Under the pieces are notes generated by a model that saw only the letters and a list, made by a program, of their open reading frames with translations, had not been told where the DNA came from and ran no database searches. This document shows, one piece after another, positions 35,651-48,248 of a stretch of DNA of 64,000 bases; position 1 is the stretch's first letter, and every line of letters starts with the position of its first letter. The translations under genes were made by a program, and so were the position numbers. The stretch lies in assembly GCA_010015585.1 (NCBI GenBank), contig ML975155.1. The stretch is one strand, 5' to 3'. The stretch comes from Eremomyces bilateralis CBS 781.70 (lineage: Eukaryota).

Positions 35651-36921
35651 TTAATATTCAACCGATCGCTTGATAGCATCGTAGATACCTTCCTCAAGGT
35701 CAGTGTTGATCAGAAAACGGAAGTTGGAAACTCACGTGTCACGTCAGGGATATTGAACTTTTCAAAAACCAGTCCAACATGCGTAGTCCAGCCAGCGACT
35801 CGGATCACCGGTGCCTCCAGACGAAGAAACGAGCCTTCCTGGATCGTAGCGGCAACCTCCGCACCGACGCCCGCGTTTACCATGCTCTCATGGACGATAA
35901 CAGCCCGGCCGGTCTTGTTCACGCTTTCCCAAACAGTGGGTCTATCCCACGGATGTATCGACCGCAGATCAATCAGCTCCACGCTGACCCCTAGATCTTT
36001 CTCGATGGCCTCAATGGCTGCCGAACACGAGTAGAGGGGCGTGCCGTATGAGATGACCGTGACATCCTTTCCCTGCTTCAAGACTTCGGCCTTGTCCAGG
36101 GGAAGGAAATACGGATCCATAGGCACCTGCTCCACGGCGGCGCGGTAGAGGATCTTCGGCTCGAGGAACACCACGGGATCGTTGCAATCCAGGATGGCCG
36201 ACAGTAACATCCCTTTCGCTTGGATGGGACTCCGCGGCACGACAACGCGCAGTCCCGGAACGTGGGTGAACAGTGACTCTGGGGACTGCGAGTGGTATAG
36301 GGCGCCGTGACCGACTCCACCGGACGGCATACGAACCACCAGGCCCCCAGAATGCATGCCTCTCTCGCCATCTGGACCAGGCTTGCCGGTCAAGCCCGCC
36401 CTATATCTCATCTTCGCCGCCTCATTCACCAGCTGGTCAAAGGCAGGATACACATAGTCCGCAAACTGTATCTCCGCTACCGGTTTCATCCCTTCCGCGG
36501 CACATCCGATGGCAAACCCGACTATACCTTGCTCCGTCAGCGGGGTATTAAAGACGCGCTCGCTGCCAAAGTCGGCAGCAAGGTCCATGGAGCACCGGAA
36601 CACGCCGCCAAAGGCAACGTCCTCGCCGAAGAGGAGGACTTGCTCGTCGGAGGAGAGGGCATGGCGGAGGGCGGAGTTGATGGATTGGAAGAGGTTCTGG
36701 CGGGAGGTTTTGGATTTCCGGGCGGCGGGAGGGAGCAGAGGGGTGGCGAGGGCGGAGGAGGCGGTATGGTGTAGGATCGGGGTCGTCGAGAAATCTATAG
36801 GCTTGTTCAAGCGGGCATTAGGAGGATGTGTCGAGTAATTGCGTCTTGAAGATGTCGATGTCGTGGTTATGGTGGGGAAGATGTGCCGGTGACGGCAAAG
36901 CCATCGTTCTAATGCTACCAT
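35651..36921 (-). CDS. Branched-chain 2-oxoacid dehydrogenase E1 beta subunit, mitochondrial
   Basis: Basic presequence, GEDVAFGGVFRC, FNTPLTEQGI, AEIQFADY and GHGALYHSQSPE. Intron at 35689-35735; last exon RIYDAIKRSVEY*. Confidence 0.93.
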
Positions 36922-37550
36922 TTTATGATATGCAACACTAAATTTGCAAATCTACGACTAAGAGAATGGAAACCAAGGCGAGCTGCATTGTCTAGGAGGA
37001 GAATAAGAATAAGGAATTAAAGATTGTCTACTATTGTCCGGAAAGGTGTCGGTTGAAGCAAAGATGGAGAGAATCAAGTGCGGCTATTCGCGGTGGTGAA
37101 TGTTACGCCACAGAACCCCCTGGCTTAAAATCACGTAAATCCCTATTGTGGCTCAGTCATGCCTTACATAATATATCTGTATCGAGTCGTACAGTGTAGT
37201 TGTGCAGTGTGTACACTGTACAGACGCAAAAGGAAATTGAATGGAACACCGACGCCAACTACATATATTAGTTAAACCGGAATTGAAAAGACGCTTAAGC
37301 CCTTGTCTACCTTTCAGAACCGCGGGTGAATTGATCCCTTTATGATTTAACTCATTTAAGTTTGAAGGAGGCTCTACTGCAGCCTCCCTGCACTGAACTC
37401 TGAAGGCCCCGCTTCTCGCTGCGCGCGTTCACTGTGACTTCTTCCACGCTTCTTCAATCTTCATCTCCATCTCCCTCCATCACTGCCCGAAAAACCCTTC
37501 GGAAATGTTGAGCTCCTGCTAACATTCTCACTGTCTGTTAGCGAGCTCTG

Positions 37551-39993
37551 ATGGCGAGGACAATTGCTGCCGGGCGGTCAATGGCCGCCGCGTCCTCAGT
37601 TCATCTCGCCTTGCGCGTCCTGATGCTTGGTGTTACTCGATTGCCATTGGCTTCTGCCATCCCACTCTCCATCCTCCGCGTAGAGGCACCTGAAGCACCG
37701 AAAAGCCCGAACGACCTGTCGTTATGGGCTTTCCTTGGAACTGCTTTTGCTTTGGTCGTGCTTGGAGGTGTATTTGCGGGTCTGACCATCGCGTATGTTG
37801 CCCATTGCCCAACGAAAGAGTGCCAGCTGACGCGTATTTAGTTTAATGGGTCAAGATGAGATCTATCTTCAGGTCATTGCAACGTCCGGCGAGGGGAAAG
37901 AACGAGAACACGCGCAAAAGGTCTTGCAGTTGCTTAAAAGGGGGAAACATTGGGTTCTGGTCACTCTCCTCTTGAGCAATGTCATCACCAACGAGACATT
38001 GCCTGTCATCCTCGACCGATCCATTGGTGGAGGATGGCCTGCTGTACTCAGTAGTACGATCCTAATTGGTATGTATTCCATCGTATCCGGGCAAACTGGA
38101 CTACGCTGACCGGTCATGCTCCTAGTCATCTTCGGAGAGGTCATTCCTCAATCTATTTGCGTTCGCTACGGCCTACCGATCGGTGCATGGATGTCGGATA
38201 TAGTACTTGTTCTGATGTGGATCATGTCTCCAGTCGCTTGGCCAACCGCAAAACTCCTCGATTATCTCCTCGGCACAGAACACAAAACGGCGTATAAGAA
38301 AGCAGGATTGAAAACTTTGGTGACGTTACACCGAACGCTTGGTACGAGTCCAGACGAACGTCTTAATAAGGATGAAGTCACCATCATTAGCGCAGTTCTG
38401 GATTTGAAAGAGAAGCCAGTTGGAAGCATCATGACGCCGATCGAGGACGTCTTCACATTGTCCGCGAACGCCGTGTTGGATGATGAAATGATGGACAGAA
38501 TCCTTACGGCTGGATACTCCCGAATCCCCATATATGCCCCAGATCATCCTCAAAACTACGTCGGGATGTTGTTAGTTAAGATGCTTATCACGTATGATCC
38601 GGAAGACGCCATACGGGTTCGCGACTTCTCGCTTGCAACCTTGCCGGAAACAAGGCCCGAGACAAGCTGTCTCGATATTGTCAATTTCTTCCAAGAAGGC
38701 AAATCACACATGGTCTTGGTTTCGGACTACCCAGGAGAACCGTACGGTGCTTTGGGCGTTGTTACTTTGGAGGATGTGATTGAGGAGCTCATTGGAGAGG
38801 AGATTATCGACGAATCCGATGTCTTCGTCGACGTCCACAAAGCTATTCGAAGAATGGCTCCGGCTCCTCGGTCACGAATCCCGAAAGGTGAGGTTGTAAC
38901 GGCACCGGAACCAGGGACTCATACCAAGCAAGAGGATGAGATCCCGGTAGAAGGCCTCGAGTCATCACTATTGAACCGATCCGCCATCATGGACAGCGTG
39001 GATGGAGCAAATGGGACGGATCCTAGAAAGCAGTCGCTCCCCGACCTGTCGCGAAGTCCGCGAGATACCACACTTTACATGCGTCGTCGCAAATCGGCCG
39101 ATGCCAATCAGTCCGCGACTATTCCTGTAAAGAGCAGCAGCGAAGAAGTTCGCGCAGCCTTGAAGCATCTTGGCCCGAGCAACCTTGCATCGGCACCAAA
39201 ACAGACGAAGATCAACACAGTCAAGATCAAGCCAGGAAATGGTGTTTCAACGATTCCCGAAGATGCGGCTATTTCCCCGTCCCAATTCCTACTATCTCCG
39301 GAGCCAGATAAGAAGTCCGCGGGGGCTTCGCCAAACGTCCCAATCTCAGCAGGCCGGTCTGCCAGCGACGCGGTACATCTCATCCAGCAAGTCCAACAAC
39401 CGAACTATGGCACCCTTGCGAGCTCTCCGGCACCCAAGACCGAGCCGTTACCTAGTCCGGACGACAATGGCAAAGACAAAGCGAGCGCCGATGATAAGCA
39501 AGACACCAAACAGCACGATGGCGACCACCTTTACCCTTACAAGGAACGTAGCGCTACCCGCTCCACTGGCAATCTCTCCACCACATCCGGTAAATCGGGC
39601 AAGATCATTATTCCCTCGGAGCGCCCTCCTTCACAATACAGCAACCATAGCACGAGCACTCTCGGGGGGCTAAAATCACCATTGTCACCTTCTAGCGACG
39701 AGCCACCCCCTCCGAGGACCACTGCGCGGTCAGGCAGCATCACGGAGAACCTAGTCGACGCGGGTGGAATGAAGAAAATGGTTCTTGACCTCCAGCCCGG
39801 GGAAAGCGACGTTGAGGCTGAAGCGACTGGGGAGCCCAGTAGCAGCAAGCAGCCGGGGGAGACGCAGGAAACGAGTGCGGTGGCCGATGATGACAAGAAG
39901 AAAGGTAATGCGAAGAAGAAGAGGAAGAAGCGGCCGCATAAGAAGAAGGGTAAAGATGGTTCGGCCGAGTCGCAGCCTTTGTTGAAGCATTGA
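37551..39993 (+). CDS. MAM3: CNNM/DUF21 + CBS-pair metal homeostasis membrane protein (Mam3-like)
   Basis: [57 protein letters not shown] and [17 protein letters not shown]. Introns at 37793-37841 and 38069-38125. Confidence 0.9.
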
Positions 39994-40123
39994 GTCAGAT
40001 GCAAGGCTCCCTATTTATAATCCCTTCCAATGTTTCCTGATATGCGGACATGTTTTAGTCCGTCCGTACATCCCAATGCCTTAGAGGTTAATATTACTCC
40101 TTCCGGTTTTGCAAATAATGTTT

Positions 40124-40492
40124 TCAACGGCGTAGAAACGCAGCCCTAGCCACCAGGGTCTTGAACACCACTGGATCGTCATACTGTAATCAATGGACTG
40201 CCCCTTCCCCTACATTCGCGAACGCCAAACAGCAAAATCTCGAAACATCCCCCACCATCACGCGGCAGTCCCCCACGCTCGCCAGTCGCCACACTCCATC
40301 CTGCCACCACGCACGCGAGCCTAAAACGTAGATCCCAGTGACATGCATCTCGAGCGCGCGAACGACATGTCCTTCCTCAGAACCATGCCAGGGCCCGGGG
40401 CGCCCGGTAAGGTGTTTCGGAATCTGCAATGCGGTAGACTTTTCACGGAGGCGGACGTGGTTCCACGGACTGGGCAGTGCGACGTCACACAT
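40124..40492 (-). pseudogene. Possible decayed alpha/beta-hydrolase C-terminal remnant
   Basis: Reading through the TGA at 40190-40192 gives VGEGAVH*LQYDDPVVFKTLVARAAFL, which resembles the GHW.Q...P..F...V..FL end of alpha/beta hydrolases. No intact upstream frame was found. Confidence 0.25.
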
Positions 40493-41142
40493 CGGGCATT
40501 CCCCGACTCCGGGCAGGTAGGGCTGAGAGACATGGGACCTGCGGCTGGAGTTGGCGGCTAGGTTTTTGACGGGGCGATGACGACTATAGAGGGGTTGTTA
40601 ATGCGGAATTCAGTGACGAAACATGGAGACGGCAGAGGCGGTCGTCGGTTGGTATCAGTCGCATCAGTCAATCGGCAAAGGGTTGCTGGAGGTGGACAAG
40701 CAGCGGTCTCGGGCAGCGGAGCAGGAAATCATGAGAAGAAATTGTAGCGATGGAATCGATACGTTTGGTAATAAGGTAGCTTTTGATTTCTAGTTAGGAA
40801 TAAGAAGATGAGGAAACTAAGCGTACAGCATCAAAAGACTTTGGGTCTGTGTATCTAACTAAGCCTCCAAGATATTTTTACCGAAGGAGCTGTCATGCTG
40901 GTATGATTCGTCAACAAAGAAACAGTGAGATATGCCATAAAGCCATAAAGCCGCCAGAAGGCTGCATGCAGGAACTAAGAGTGAATATGTAGAGCCGGAA
41001 CCAAGCCGATCATACAAGTTTTTAAACCCAACGCGCGTCTAGAGGAAGAGAAAGTCGAGTCCCGGACGGCCGACAATCTGCGTGCCGTCATCACGCCTCG
41101 CATCCAAGCATCTCATCATGACCATTTAGAAAAGTGGTCGGT

Positions 41143-43854
41143 TTAATGAAAGCCAAATCTGGATTCCATGCCCCACTCTCCCATTCCACCATGGAAGTGA
41201 TGATGCCCCTCATGCAGCATCCCTGGATCTGAGATGGTGGCTTCGGGGGTCATCACGCCTGAGTGCAGCCCCTCGACTGAGTCACCCATGGTAGTATACG
41301 GCATGAACATATTTGGGGCAGGCGAGCTGCTATGTGTGTGATGGAGTGGAGTGCCGGCGCCCGACGGACCAGACATGCCGTCAAGCATATGGTGTGAAGG
41401 GATATCCTGTGGCATCGAGTCCGAACCGCTGGCGGCAGAGACGGCGGACTTCGTATCCCAAGACATGGTCACGGCAGGCATGCCGAGATCCATGGAGGAT
41501 GGGAACATGGTGTCGTCCATGGGCGGAAATTCGCCCATGTCCATGTCCCCGACCGCAGCGGCGAAGCGGGAGGATGGAGAAAGAGGGTTGGAAGTAAACG
41601 ATTGGGGAGGGTCGTAAGTAAAGGACTGGAGGCTGTTGGAGGCGGAATGCATGGATTTGCTGGAGGCAGGTCCACGGAACATGATATTCGACAGAGCCGG
41701 GGAGGTAGGGCAAGTGCTAGAAGGGCTAAAGTTGAAGCCGTTAGGTAGGCCAGCATCCATGTGAGGACCTTGGTATGTAAGGTCGGGGACATCGGAGATT
41801 CCAAGCATGTTGTTGGATTCGGAGCGGCTCGGAGTGTGAGGCTGGGAAGTTGTTCCGCTGCCAAGGCTAGAAGTAGGACTTGGCACCGATCGCGGCCCCC
41901 GACCCAGGTATTGCTCAAACCCGACGCGAGCAGTCTTGAGACGCTTCTTAACCGGGCGAAGGAGTCGAGCCGATGCGAGGATTTCATCCCTAGCAGTGTT
42001 GTGCAATCGTGCGGCGAGGGATCCCAGTCTTGCAGCGGAACCGAGCAGAACCCGGGAATCTTTCGATTTGCTATCGGTTGCAAGTCTGCTGCGGAAGAGC
42101 TCCAAAGCACGTCCGCACGAATCTAATGCCAAGATAAACACGTCGGGGAATGAGGAGCGTTGGCGTGTCGAGCCGGATCGGATCATATCTGATCGAGAAC
42201 CCTCCGAGACCTTGGCAAGAATCGCCAGAAGGTCGTCCGCTGACTCGAGGAAGCAATTGATGGTCCTGTCGTTGATTGTCTTGTCCTGGGTTGGATTCTT
42301 AGACGCGGTAGTGCTACCGCGGGGGAAGAGGAAGTGAATGAGAATCGTGTGGTGCACAGTCAAGAGAAGCGCTTGAGAGGCACTATCGTCGACTTCCCGT
42401 TTCAGAACCCTGATGCTGTCAATGAAGACGCCGCGAGCACTGCTGCAGATGCTAGCGAAATCGGGACTGTGGTGAAGAGAAACAAGGCGGCGGAATCCTT
42501 GAAGAGGTCGCTCTTGCCAAGAACCAGAAGGGAGGTCGTCTATGCCATTGGGGTCTTGGGGGTAAAGTGCGTAGACGTGAGCAATCGCAGCGGAAACATG
42601 GCTCAAAGGCCACATTTCACGAATAACGCGTCTTTGAATCTGCAGGGTGGATAGGTTGTCCGAAGCTTCGTCGAGCTTGATAAGACTCGAAGAGGAATCG
42701 TCCATGGGTAGGAAAAGTTGGGGGAGGAGTCCCGTCAGTAGGTGGGAGAAGTTATGGCCCAGCTGCATAAATGACCAAAGAGTGAGGGAGAAAATTGTCC
42801 ACCAGAGGAAGGATAGAAGCTCCCTCTCGACCTCCCGAACGTCGATACCGTTGATGAGACTAGGTTCGAGCTGACGATCCTTCAAGCCGACGAGCATTTT
42901 GCTTGCTAGTGTTACATAAGAAGTCGATCTGCGGATGCTGGAGAAGCACAGTTCGTGCCAGCCAAAGAGGGTGAGTGCCTGAGCAGTGGAGAAGCCGCAA
43001 TCAGAGAGCTTTCTGTCTTGAAGTTGGCGCTGAGCAAACCGGAGGAGTCTGTGGCCCCGTTCATGCGCCGTTGAGTGGTCGTGGGCGAAGCTGGCATCCG
43101 CCAGAATAACGGCAAGGAGGGCGTCATCTTGAGTTTTATTTCGGACATCGCGAAGAAGGAGGGTTTTTGACACCAGAATGGAGAGTGGGTGAGTCGAGAA
43201 CCACACCTCAATCAACTGAGTGATCCTACGGCTGTCGTATTCAGTGAGAGGGTTTGGCTCGGCCTCGAAATAATCGATCATGGTAGTGGTTTGGTCGTTC
43301 GCCAGTGAATCGACGCAAAGTTTCGCGCCACCAGTTTGGATATGCTGGCATCCCAACCCGCCAAACTTCGCAGCGATCATGCCAACCAGGTCTTGGGTGA
43401 GTAATGATAGCCAGCCATCATAACTCAGTGATCCGGGCTTGGATATCTCAGAGCGGCCGGCGCTCTCTGTGCTGGACTCAGAAGCCCTTCGGTTGAAGCT
43501 CTCCATTTTCTCCCAACAATTGTCTCCATAGATCTTCTCTAGCTCTTGGCCGATGGTATCTCCCCTTCCAGAAGCGCCCTCGGCGCCCAGTATCCCCTCA
43601 GCTCCATTTGTGAACTCGGCATGTGAGGTAGGTGGTGAGGGGAAGAGTGACTGTGTGACAGGACTACCGTGGGCGAAGGTTGGATCACGGTCACCCGAGG
43701 TGTTGCGGCGTGACCTCGTCTCTGAGACGTCGTAGATGCAATCTTGGTTTCGTTCCTTGCAGGCTTCACATATACTGCTACCAGAGCACTTGATCTTGCG
43801 AGCCCGGCAGAAATGGCAGCTTCGTCGAAGGTTCTGACGCGGGAATGAAGACAT
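41143..43854 (-). CDS. Zn(II)2Cys6 transcription factor with fungal-specific TF middle region (903 aa, single exon)
   Basis: RRSCHFCRARKIKC....ICEACKERNQDC immediately after the ATG at 43854; Ser/Pro/Met-rich C-terminal tail. Confidence 0.9.
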   Translation of the reverse strand: MSSFPRQNLRRSCHFCRARKIKCSGSSICEACKERNQDCIYDVSETRSRRNTSGDRDPTFAHGSPVTQSLFPSPPTSHAEFTNGAEGILGAEGASGRGDTIGQELEKIYGDNCWEKMESFNRRASESSTESAGRSEISKPGSLSYDGWLSLLTQDLVGMIAAKFGGLGCQHIQTGGAKLCVDSLANDQTTTMIDYFEAEPNPLTEYDSRRITQLIEVWFSTHPLSILVSKTLLLRDVRNKTQDDALLAVILADASFAHDHSTAHERGHRLLRFAQRQLQDRKLSDCGFSTAQALTLFGWHELCFSSIRRSTSYVTLASKMLVGLKDRQLEPSLINGIDVREVERELLSFLWWTIFSLTLWSFMQLGHNFSHLLTGLLPQLFLPMDDSSSSLIKLDEASDNLSTLQIQRRVIREMWPLSHVSAAIAHVYALYPQDPNGIDDLPSGSWQERPLQGFRRLVSLHHSPDFASICSSARGVFIDSIRVLKREVDDSASQALLLTVHHTILIHFLFPRGSTTASKNPTQDKTINDRTINCFLESADDLLAILAKVSEGSRSDMIRSGSTRQRSSFPDVFILALDSCGRALELFRSRLATDSKSKDSRVLLGSAARLGSLAARLHNTARDEILASARLLRPVKKRLKTARVGFEQYLGRGPRSVPSPTSSLGSGTTSQPHTPSRSESNNMLGISDVPDLTYQGPHMDAGLPNGFNFSPSSTCPTSPALSNIMFRGPASSKSMHSASNSLQSFTYDPPQSFTSNPLSPSSRFAAAVGDMDMGEFPPMDDTMFPSSMDLGMPAVTMSWDTKSAVSAASGSDSMPQDIPSHHMLDGMSGPSGAGTPLHHTHSSSPAPNMFMPYTTMGDSVEGLHSGVMTPEATISDPGMLHEGHHHFHGGMGEWGMESRFGFH

Positions 43855-45988
43855 TGTGAAAGAGATATAGGAAATAGACGACAGGGGAAAATAGTCTACG
43901 AAATGAACAAGGAACGGAAGGGCATCACTTGAGTTGAAAGGAAGTGAGGGGAAATCTTGGTCGAGGCGATGGTGCAAAATAAATAATTCGAGTGGGATGG
44001 AATGTTATACTTAAATTCCAAGAACTCAGGCAGCCAAGGCCGAAAATGGAAAGACGGAAGGTTAAAGACATCGTATGGAGACATACCTCAGCTTCTGACT
44101 CCGGTTACACTGGATCTGACGTTGGAGGGGGACTAAACGGCCAGCATTGGTACAGAATGCTCTACAATCCTTCGATGCACCTAAGCCGGCGGGATGGCCA
44201 AAAGGAGGAAAGCGGTAGGTATGCTACCGGGAGCGTCGGACGGACAGTTCAGATCTCAGGATGATGAGCGCAGCCTCGTGTGCAGAGGCGCAGGGTCCGA
44301 TATCAAAATCCAGAATGACGGTAAACGACGACGTGTGTATTACGCACGGCCCCGGGCAGACTGTGCAAAGAGCTTTCCTAGCCATTGTGTGGATGGATGT
44401 CCGTCATTCGGGATCCGACGTATCAGGCTAGCCTTACATCAACTGGAGTCTGGAGATCGGTGGCTGACAAGAGTTGAAAACCACGGACCCTGCGCAATTC
44501 TGATACATAGTACCATGCAGGAGAGTTAAAGGTAGCAACATATGATCATCAGGTGGAGGTTCGCTGTGTTGGAACTTGGACTAGGACACAGGGGACTCGG
44601 GCCATTAGGTCTAACCGTGGAGCAGGGAGCGGTATCCTAATTCCCATGCAGGTTTGCCAAGCCGAGATTCGGTGGGTAGGTCGAGGGAACAGTCGAACGG
44701 GACACAAGTGAATGCGATGATAATACGGACAAGGGAAGGGATCATCCTACATGAAGCAATATCTGAAGAGGTGGAGAGTACTGGTACAAGGAAAGCGACG
44801 AGGCGAAGTCGCTAGGCGAGGGTACTCGAGGGAGTGAAGATCGGAACGGTTGGTGTTGTTAGGGCGGGGAGGTTCCACTCGGCTCGGTCCAAACGGTATT
44901 AATAACTACTTACTTAATACTAGAACTGTTGGTGTCACAGTCCACAGACATCATGCTGTGAGAGGAAGAGGCCGAGTATTCGGTGGATGGAAAATGGAGA
45001 GAAATGGAAATGGAAGGATTGACGTTCATTGTTTGTCTGAGGTGAAAATGCCAAGACCCGAGGCACATGACATGGTGACATGCGCAATGGCAAGGCGGAC
45101 AAGACACTCGGCAATGGACATTCTACAGTGTCCCAACTGTCAACATGATTTATTATTAATTCCAGCTTGACGAATTGCACGGAATAACTCAAGCTCAACT
45201 CCTGCTTGCGGTACTGGGATGGTGATAATTACAGAATCTCTGCAGGGTGCAGGATGAGGTAATTACGGTAGAGTCACTAATGCCACTAATTAATTACCCC
45301 GAACGTGGCTGTGCCGACACTAAGGGCCCGTATTACCGTTTCAACCCGACTCATATTCCCCATCAATACAATCTATCTATTCTTATCAAATGCTTTCGTC
45401 TTTTCGGAATATATTCTACTTTGATACATGTCGGAATTGATGGAACGGGGAATTACAAGATGGAAGTCTTCAATCCCCTCACCCTGGCTCCCCCCGCAAT
45501 AGAATTGCCCATGACGTGCGCGGAGATATTCCCCGCTATCCCCAATCCGGATTCCCTCCGAACCTTCGTGAGGTGCAGGCAATCCGACCAAGGCAATCAA
45601 CGGTCTCGTCGATCAAAGCCGAATATGCTGTGTCCGAGTCCTTGGATCAAAAAACTCTTGGGTTGGGAAAATGAGATGTCACGAGCTGAGAGCCTTGGTG
45701 GTCGTCGTCACCGCTTCTAAGACATTGTCACACAGCTTCTAAACACACCGAATGTTCCCTGGTCACACTCGCAACGTGTTATAGCAGGTAGTATCATGCA
45801 TGAGGGATTTTGAAATTAATTGATTTAGTGATGTCCTCATCTTCATATGCGTATTAGTTGAAGTACAGCGGTACTCCGCCCACTAAAAATTCTAAGAATG
45901 CTAAGAACGCAGCTAAAAGCGATCGCTATTAACAGCAGCGGACCCCAGTCATAATTTCATAAATCCCCTTCGAGTATCGATCGACAAA

Positions 45989-47303
45989 TCACCATTTCAC
46001 GTCCGCGAGGCCAACTCGGAGCTTCTCAAAGTCAAAGATAAGGTATTTGTCCATCACGAACTGATCCCCGAAATTCCCGTCCGACATCTCCCCGTATCCC
46101 AAAGTCCGCACGTTGAGCACACACGTCGCCTCGTCGATGTTCTCGACGTAGTATTTGGCGGGAATTTCCCATACTTTGTCATGGCCGCTGAAGGCGTACT
46201 TGATCGGTGGCAGGGTGTCCCTCTTGTTGCAGTCGACGCTGAAGAACGACTGGTTGCCGTTGTTCGGGGGCCACTGAAGCGTGATCGGCTCCGCCTGAGC
46301 CAAATCGACCAGATAGGCGTAACCGTCGATGGAGAGGGGTGCTCCGCGGCCGAAGCTGGCATGGTCGAAGATTGCCGCGCCCCCGGTCGTCTTGTTGATG
46401 GCCACCGGCTCATCGCCGATGCTCATCTGGGAAATATCCAGGGTCCAGTAGTTAATCACCTTAGGCTCCCAGATGAAATTTTGGTAGTTGACCCAATCCC
46501 AGATGGTGATATCGTACCAATAAATCTTCTTATCCTGGATGAGATCGCGGCGGTAGCCTCCCATGGTTTGGATGGCGTCGTATCCGTGGCAGCCCTCCTT
46601 TTCGACATCCGGGCTGCCGTCATAGCAGTAGTGGAATGCTGTCAGGCCAGTTGCCCAGGCGCCGGACTTCCATTGCTGGTAGAAGGTAGATTGATAGTCG
46701 GCTGGATACAAGTCAGCCTTGTGGTCTGAGGATACGGGACGAGCACTAGTTCCACTTACGTTTATCACCCTCAAACACGGGTGACATTCCATATACTCCG
46801 GCAAACGGGAAAGCCATTGCAGTACTATCAAACGAGAAGTCCGAAGCCTCGAACACGACAGTCGAAGTAGCAGACCCGACTGTCGTGACTTCTGTTGCAT
46901 GCTCAACCCACATATCCTCGTAGAAGAAGAAATGGTTTGGGTTCCAGTTCATGCGAGGATATCTGTCGGTGACATTGCGGAAAGTCTTCGACTCGGTTTG
47001 ATTATAATATGGTTGATCGTGGTTCAAGCACGCCCAGGTATTTTCCTCGTCCCCCATACATTTGGTAGTGAGCGTGTACATCTGGACCCAAGTCCAGTCG
47101 TTGAACATGGGGATGGTCTGTGGAGGGTTTCCAATCGTGACGTTCAGTAGGTAACCCGCCCAGGGGTGCCGGTCATGGGGGACATCATAGACACCAGGCC
47201 TTGACATCGGAATTTGGTTCTTCGAGACGGCTTCCAACTCCTGGGCCAACGAGGGCACCGCCCGTAGGGCCAAAACCAAGGCAAGTGTCTTCAGAACACT
47301 CAT
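45989..47303 (-). CDS. Secreted pepsin-fold (peptidase A1-like) protein with atypical catalytic motifs
   Basis: Signal peptide, YLLNVTIGNPPQT, GVYGMSP and FGDQFV..KYLIFDFEKLRVGLA. DWTW and DHAS replace the two D(T/S)G motifs. Intron at 46702-46759; 418 aa. Confidence 0.82.
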
Positions 47304-48248
47304 GTTGAATGTGAATACACTGAAATGAGTGTTGATTAAAAGGCCGTAGCCAGGACAGTCACGATGGAGGACAATATTGTTCCAAATCTTGTCTTGATGA
47401 CCCGATCATTATGGGGACCTGTCTTGTCTTTTGAATTGCACCATAGCGGAAAATAGTCATCTCAGTCACACCCGATCCCCCGCAGTGAGGTGGAAGGACC
47501 ACTAACTCTTCCGTGAAACACCAGAAATCGAGTTGAAACAAAATCCGTCAGGGATCTTCGACAATACGGAACTCCGGCACACGGCGGCGAGTCTGATCGA
47601 AGTTCAAGTATAATTGCGTCCAGATGGTCTTTACCAGATTGGGATCTCCATTTGCCAACGGAACGAGACCTTTGACCAATCATCGGGGAGCGAAGTGCTA
47701 AGCTTTGGACCCTAGAAGCTATCATTGGCCAATTCTCTAGGGAATATTGAGCTAGGCTAAATCTGGACTAGTGGCTGCAACATGTATGTCAGCATGGTTG
47801 AGCCGCACTAGAAGCGCGACTGGAACAGACGCGATCACGATGCTTCTAGACCTGAGGCAAATGAGGTACATGAAACTGCTGTCAAACCCACTTCATCTGT
47901 CTATCAAACAGCTTCAGCCACCACCTGAAGCTCTCCCATGAGCATCAGCTTCCGCAAGGAGTAGGACTCCCTGAGGATGGAGGAGGCGTGTCGATGAGAG
48001 CAGCTGTTTTGCCATCATGAGCGCAGCTCCAGCATCAGGCCCACTGTATAACTGAGGACGAGTTATAATGATATGATACCCAAAGGTTCGCAAGCTCTGA
48101 GGCTTGTTCGTCGACAACAGTTTTCGAGGTCTGTTAATCTTAACGTCAACTCTCACGAGACCTCAACGCCTCTCACTGATCCAGCTGGTCCTGGGTTTAT
48201 TGAGCATACTTTCGTTATTTCGATCCAGCTTCTTGTTATATCCTACCA

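Noticed and set aside
43855..43977. N-terminal extension of the Zn2Cys6 ORF given in the ORF track
   Set aside because: It starts at a non-ATG codon in a pyrimidine-rich leader; the ATG at 43854 directly precedes the zinc cluster.
45247..45720. 157-aa ORF inside the cluster, and similar short ORFs at 49473-50112, 52781-53454 and 54740-56759
   Set aside because: No domains, signal peptide or repeat core; no support for extra cluster genes or a RiPP precursor.
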